Under the pieces are notes generated by a model, which worked only from the letters and a program-made list of their open reading frames with translations, had not been told where the DNA came from and did not search any database. 64,000 nucleotides of DNA. Origin: Bacteroidales bacterium. Its GTDB lineage: Bacteria; Bacteroidota; Bacteroidia; Bacteroidales; WCHB1-69. Shown here one piece after another: positions 61,251 to 64,000 of this stretch. A program made the translations under genes and the position numbers. The stretch's first letter is position 1. Each line of letters opens with the position of its first letter. Where the stretch lies: assembly GCA_045130275.1 (NCBI GenBank), contig JBGUPL010000021.1, positions 34,010 to 98,009 of the forward strand, given 5' to 3'.

Positions 61251-62261
61251 ATGGAAAAAACCGATTATAAAAACGTATTTGTATTCGCTGAACAACGTGA
61301 CGGTGTCATCCAATCTGTTGCGTTGGAGCTGCTCGGCAAAGCCCATGAGCTGGCCGGTGTGCTGAATGAGAAGGTGGTGGCCGTCCTCCCCGGACACAAC
61401 ATCACCAAGCACGCCCAGATGCTCATCGAATACGGTGCCGATGAAGTCATCTGCATCGACGAGCCCGAATTAAAAGACTATCTCACAGAACAATACGCAC
61501 AGACCATCTGTCAGGTGGTGAACAAGTTCAAACCCAGCATCCTGATGATCGGCGCCACGACGATCGGCCGTGACCTTGGTCCTCGTTTGGCTGCCCGTCT
61601 CACCACTGGCCTCACCGCCGACTGCACCCGTTTGGAGATTTCCGAGGAGGGTGAGCTGATGATGACCCGTCCGGCCTTCGGCGGCAACCTGATGGCCACG
61701 ATCATGTGTACGGAGCATCGTCCGCAGATGTCCACCGTGCGTCCTGGCGTGATGCAGAAGATGACCCGCGACGCCAACCGCAAGGGTAACGTCATCACCT
61801 TCAAGCCCGAATTCGACAAGAGCAAGTTCCTCGTCCGCATGGTTGAGAACGTGAAGGTTGACAAGGGCAAAGTCGATATCACCGACGCGAAGGTGCTCGT
61901 TTCCGGCGGCCGCGGTGTCGGTTGCAAGGAGGGTTTCGAGAAGTTGCAAGCTCTCGCAGACGTGTTCCCGAACGCGGAGGTTTCCTCTTCCCGCGCCATG
62001 GTGGATGCCGGCATCATCGACCACGACCGTCAGGTGGGTCAGACCGGCAAGACCGTGCGTCCTGACCTCTATTTCGCCCTCGGTATCTCCGGTGCCATCC
62101 AGCACTTGGCCGGTATGGAAGAGTCCGATTTCATCATCGCCGTCAACAAAGACAAGTTCGCGCCCATCTTTTCGGTGGCCGACCTTGGTATCGTGTGCGA
62201 CCTTAACAAGGTGGTGCCGTTGTTGACCACGCGTTTGGCCGCTGAAATCGAGAAGAAATAA
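61251..62261 (+). CDS. etfA: Electron transfer flavoprotein alpha
   Basis: TGLTADCT, SGGRG, QVGQTGK, GISGAIQH. Confidence 0.92.
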   Translation: MEKTDYKNVFVFAEQRDGVIQSVALELLGKAHELAGVLNEKVVAVLPGHNITKHAQMLIEYGADEVICIDEPELKDYLTEQYAQTICQVVNKFKPSILMIGATTIGRDLGPRLAARLTTGLTADCTRLEISEEGELMMTRPAFGGNLMATIMCTEHRPQMSTVRPGVMQKMTRDANRKGNVITFKPEFDKSKFLVRMVENVKVDKGKVDITDAKVLVSGGRGVGCKEGFEKLQALADVFPNAEVSSSRAMVDAGIIDHDRQVGQTGKTVRPDLYFALGISGAIQHLAGMEESDFIIAVNKDKFAPIFSVADLGIVCDLNKVVPLLTTRLAAEIEKK

Positions 62262-62271
62262 TGATTCACTC

Positions 62272-62301
62272 TGTAGAGACGCAATGCATTGCGTCTCTAC
62301 A
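62272..62301. repeat. Perfect 30-bp GTAG-type REP-like palindrome
   Basis: TGTAGAGACGCAATGCATTGCGTCTCTACA. Confidence 0.8.
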
Positions 62302-62320
62302 TTGTTTTTGAACGGATTAA

Positions 62321-62980
62321 ATGATTGAGGTCAAAGAAATTGAGAAATCCTACGGCAGTTTGCAGGTCTTGAAGAAGGTTTCCCTGTCGATAGAGAACAG
62401 CAAAGTCGTGACGATTGTCGGTCCTTCCGGGGCCGGCAAATCGACGTTGTTGCACATCATCGGCACGTTGGACAAGCCGGATAGGGGAGAGGTGGTCATT
62501 GACGGCGTGAATCTCAACAGCTTGTCCGACGACAAGTTGGCGGAGTTCCGCAACCGGCATATCGGTTTCGTCTATCAGTTCCACCATCTGCTGCCCGAAT
62601 TCACGGCGCTGGAGAACGTGGCGATGCCCGCGCTCATTGCGGGAAAGAGCCGAAAGGAATCCTTTAAGAGAGCGCAGGAACTTCTTGATTTCTTGAAACT
62701 TGCGGATAGGGTAGGGCACAAACCCGCGCAATTGTCGGGAGGGGAGCAGCAACGTGTTTCCGTGGCCCGGGCGCTGATGAACAACCCCGAGCTGATCCTC
62801 GCCGACGAGCCCTCCGGCAACCTCGACACCGAGAACGCCCGCAAGCTCCACGACCTTTTCTTCGTCCTCCGCGACACCTTCAAGCAGACTTTCCTCATCG
62901 TCACGCACAATGAAGAGTTGGCGCAGCTGTCGGATCGGAAAATTGTGCTGCAAGACGGTTCTGTAATTGATAATGGATAA
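62321..62980 (+). CDS. lolD: Lipoprotein-releasing ABC ATPase
   Basis: [36 protein letters not shown]. Confidence 0.8.
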   Translation: MIEVKEIEKSYGSLQVLKKVSLSIENSKVVTIVGPSGAGKSTLLHIIGTLDKPDRGEVVIDGVNLNSLSDDKLAEFRNRHIGFVYQFHHLLPEFTALENVAMPALIAGKSRKESFKRAQELLDFLKLADRVGHKPAQLSGGEQQRVSVARALMNNPELILADEPSGNLDTENARKLHDLFFVLRDTFKQTFLIVTHNEELAQLSDRKIVLQDGSVIDNG

Positions 62981-63011
62981 TTGATAATTGATAATTCTTA
63001 ATTCTTTATTC

Positions 63012-63611
63012 ATGAAACATCTAAAGAAACTAACCATCATTCTCGCCGTCACCGCCACGTTGCTTTTCGCGGGCGGATGCGGACTCGCGCAGCTGATCAA
63101 CCTGATCAACTGCAAATTCAATCTGGCCAACGTCAGCGACATTACGTGGGCGGGCATTAACCTGAGTAACATCAAGAATATCAGTGACTTGCAGTGGTCC
63201 GATTTGCAAAAAGCCTTGCAAGCGGTCAAGAATAAGGACTTCCGGATCGGTTGCAATGTCAACGTGAATGCGAAGAACGAGACCGAGAAACCGGCCAAGC
63301 TGTGCGCCTACGACTACGACCTTCTGTTGGAAGGATCGTCTATCGCGCAGGGCAGCAGCGCGTCGCGTACCACCATCATCAATCCGAAGACCACTACGCT
63401 GATCCAAGTCCCGTTGAGCATGGACCTGGTGAGCATTTTCAGGAACGGAGACGCCAAAAACGTCATCAACCTTGCCCGCAACCTGATGGACTACGGGAAC
63501 GGCACGGAATCCAACGTCAAGGTGAAATTCACCCCTTACATCAACACGCCGAACGGCACGGGGAAGGGTGCTAAAATGCCGACCATAACCTTAAATAAAA
63601 CATTTCAGTAA
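63012..63611 (+). CDS. LEA_2-like lipoprotein
   Basis: Lipobox AGGC; NVNAKN..YDYDL pattern. Confidence 0.6.
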   Translation: MKHLKKLTIILAVTATLLFAGGCGLAQLINLINCKFNLANVSDITWAGINLSNIKNISDLQWSDLQKALQAVKNKDFRIGCNVNVNAKNETEKPAKLCAYDYDLLLEGSSIAQGSSASRTTIINPKTTTLIQVPLSMDLVSIFRNGDAKNVINLARNLMDYGNGTESNVKVKFTPYINTPNGTGKGAKMPTITLNKTFQ

Positions 63612-63623
63612 AAACCAAAACTT

Positions 63624-64000
63624 ATGATTCAACGAGTTCAATCCATCTTTTTGTTAATTGCCACGATTATTCCTATCGTACTGATATTCGTGCCGTTTGG
63701 GTTTGTGGACACCGAACTGGCGCGTTATGTCTATAATTCCATCTCACTGAAGGAGATGATTCCCGACGGCGCCTCCGTCATCCGCCTATACTATTTGGCA
63801 TTCTGTCTGGTTTTGACCGCAGGGATGTCGTGTTTCGCGCTTTTCCGCTACAAAAACCGCGTGAAGCAAATGCAGACCGTTTCGCTGACGATGATCATCT
63901 TCCTGATCACGCTCTTGTTGGTGTTGTGGGTCTGTCCCGACATACTCTTCAAGAAGTTCTTCGGTGCGCGGATGGAGGATTTCACGTTTACCTTCAACAC
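63624..64000 (+). CDS. DUF4293 family membrane protein (partial, runs off window)
   Basis: MIQRVQSIFLL start; FRYKNRVKQ. Confidence 0.75.
   Translation, partial: MIQRVQSIFLLIATIIPIVLIFVPFGFVDTELARYVYNSISLKEMIPDGASVIRLYYLAFCLVLTAGMSCFALFRYKNRVKQMQTVSLTMIIFLITLLLVLWVCPDILFKKFFGARMEDFTFTFN

Overview
Bacteroidales-type chromosomal segment, judged from TAnnTTTG -7 promoters and the T9SS genes porX and porT. The GC-rich housekeeping backbone carries pepD, glyQS, ansA, cutC, galE, gmhB, lolD, bcd-etfBA and tRNA-Ser(CGA). It is interrupted by two AT-rich accessory regions. The first (~11.4-14.9 kb) holds an AbiE-type toxin-antitoxin pair and a MunI-like C-R-M system. The second (~37.9-56.4 kb) is a patchwork island. 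It contains a yhcG/kilA-N/rhuM array punctuated by a repeated non-coding motif, a candidate defence cluster (sce7726-sce7725-RES, DUF4365, AbiTii, permuted NlpC/P60, kinase-like and OLD-ATPase relics), and two group II intron 3'-end relics. It also contains a membrane LytTR regulator with direct-repeat sites and a direct-repeat-flanked orphan Rhs module with a parvovirus-PLA2-like toxin tip. Many backbone intergenic spacers are filled with degenerate 6-8 nt tandem micro-repeats of several families. All family assignments are from motif recognition by eye; no database searches were run.
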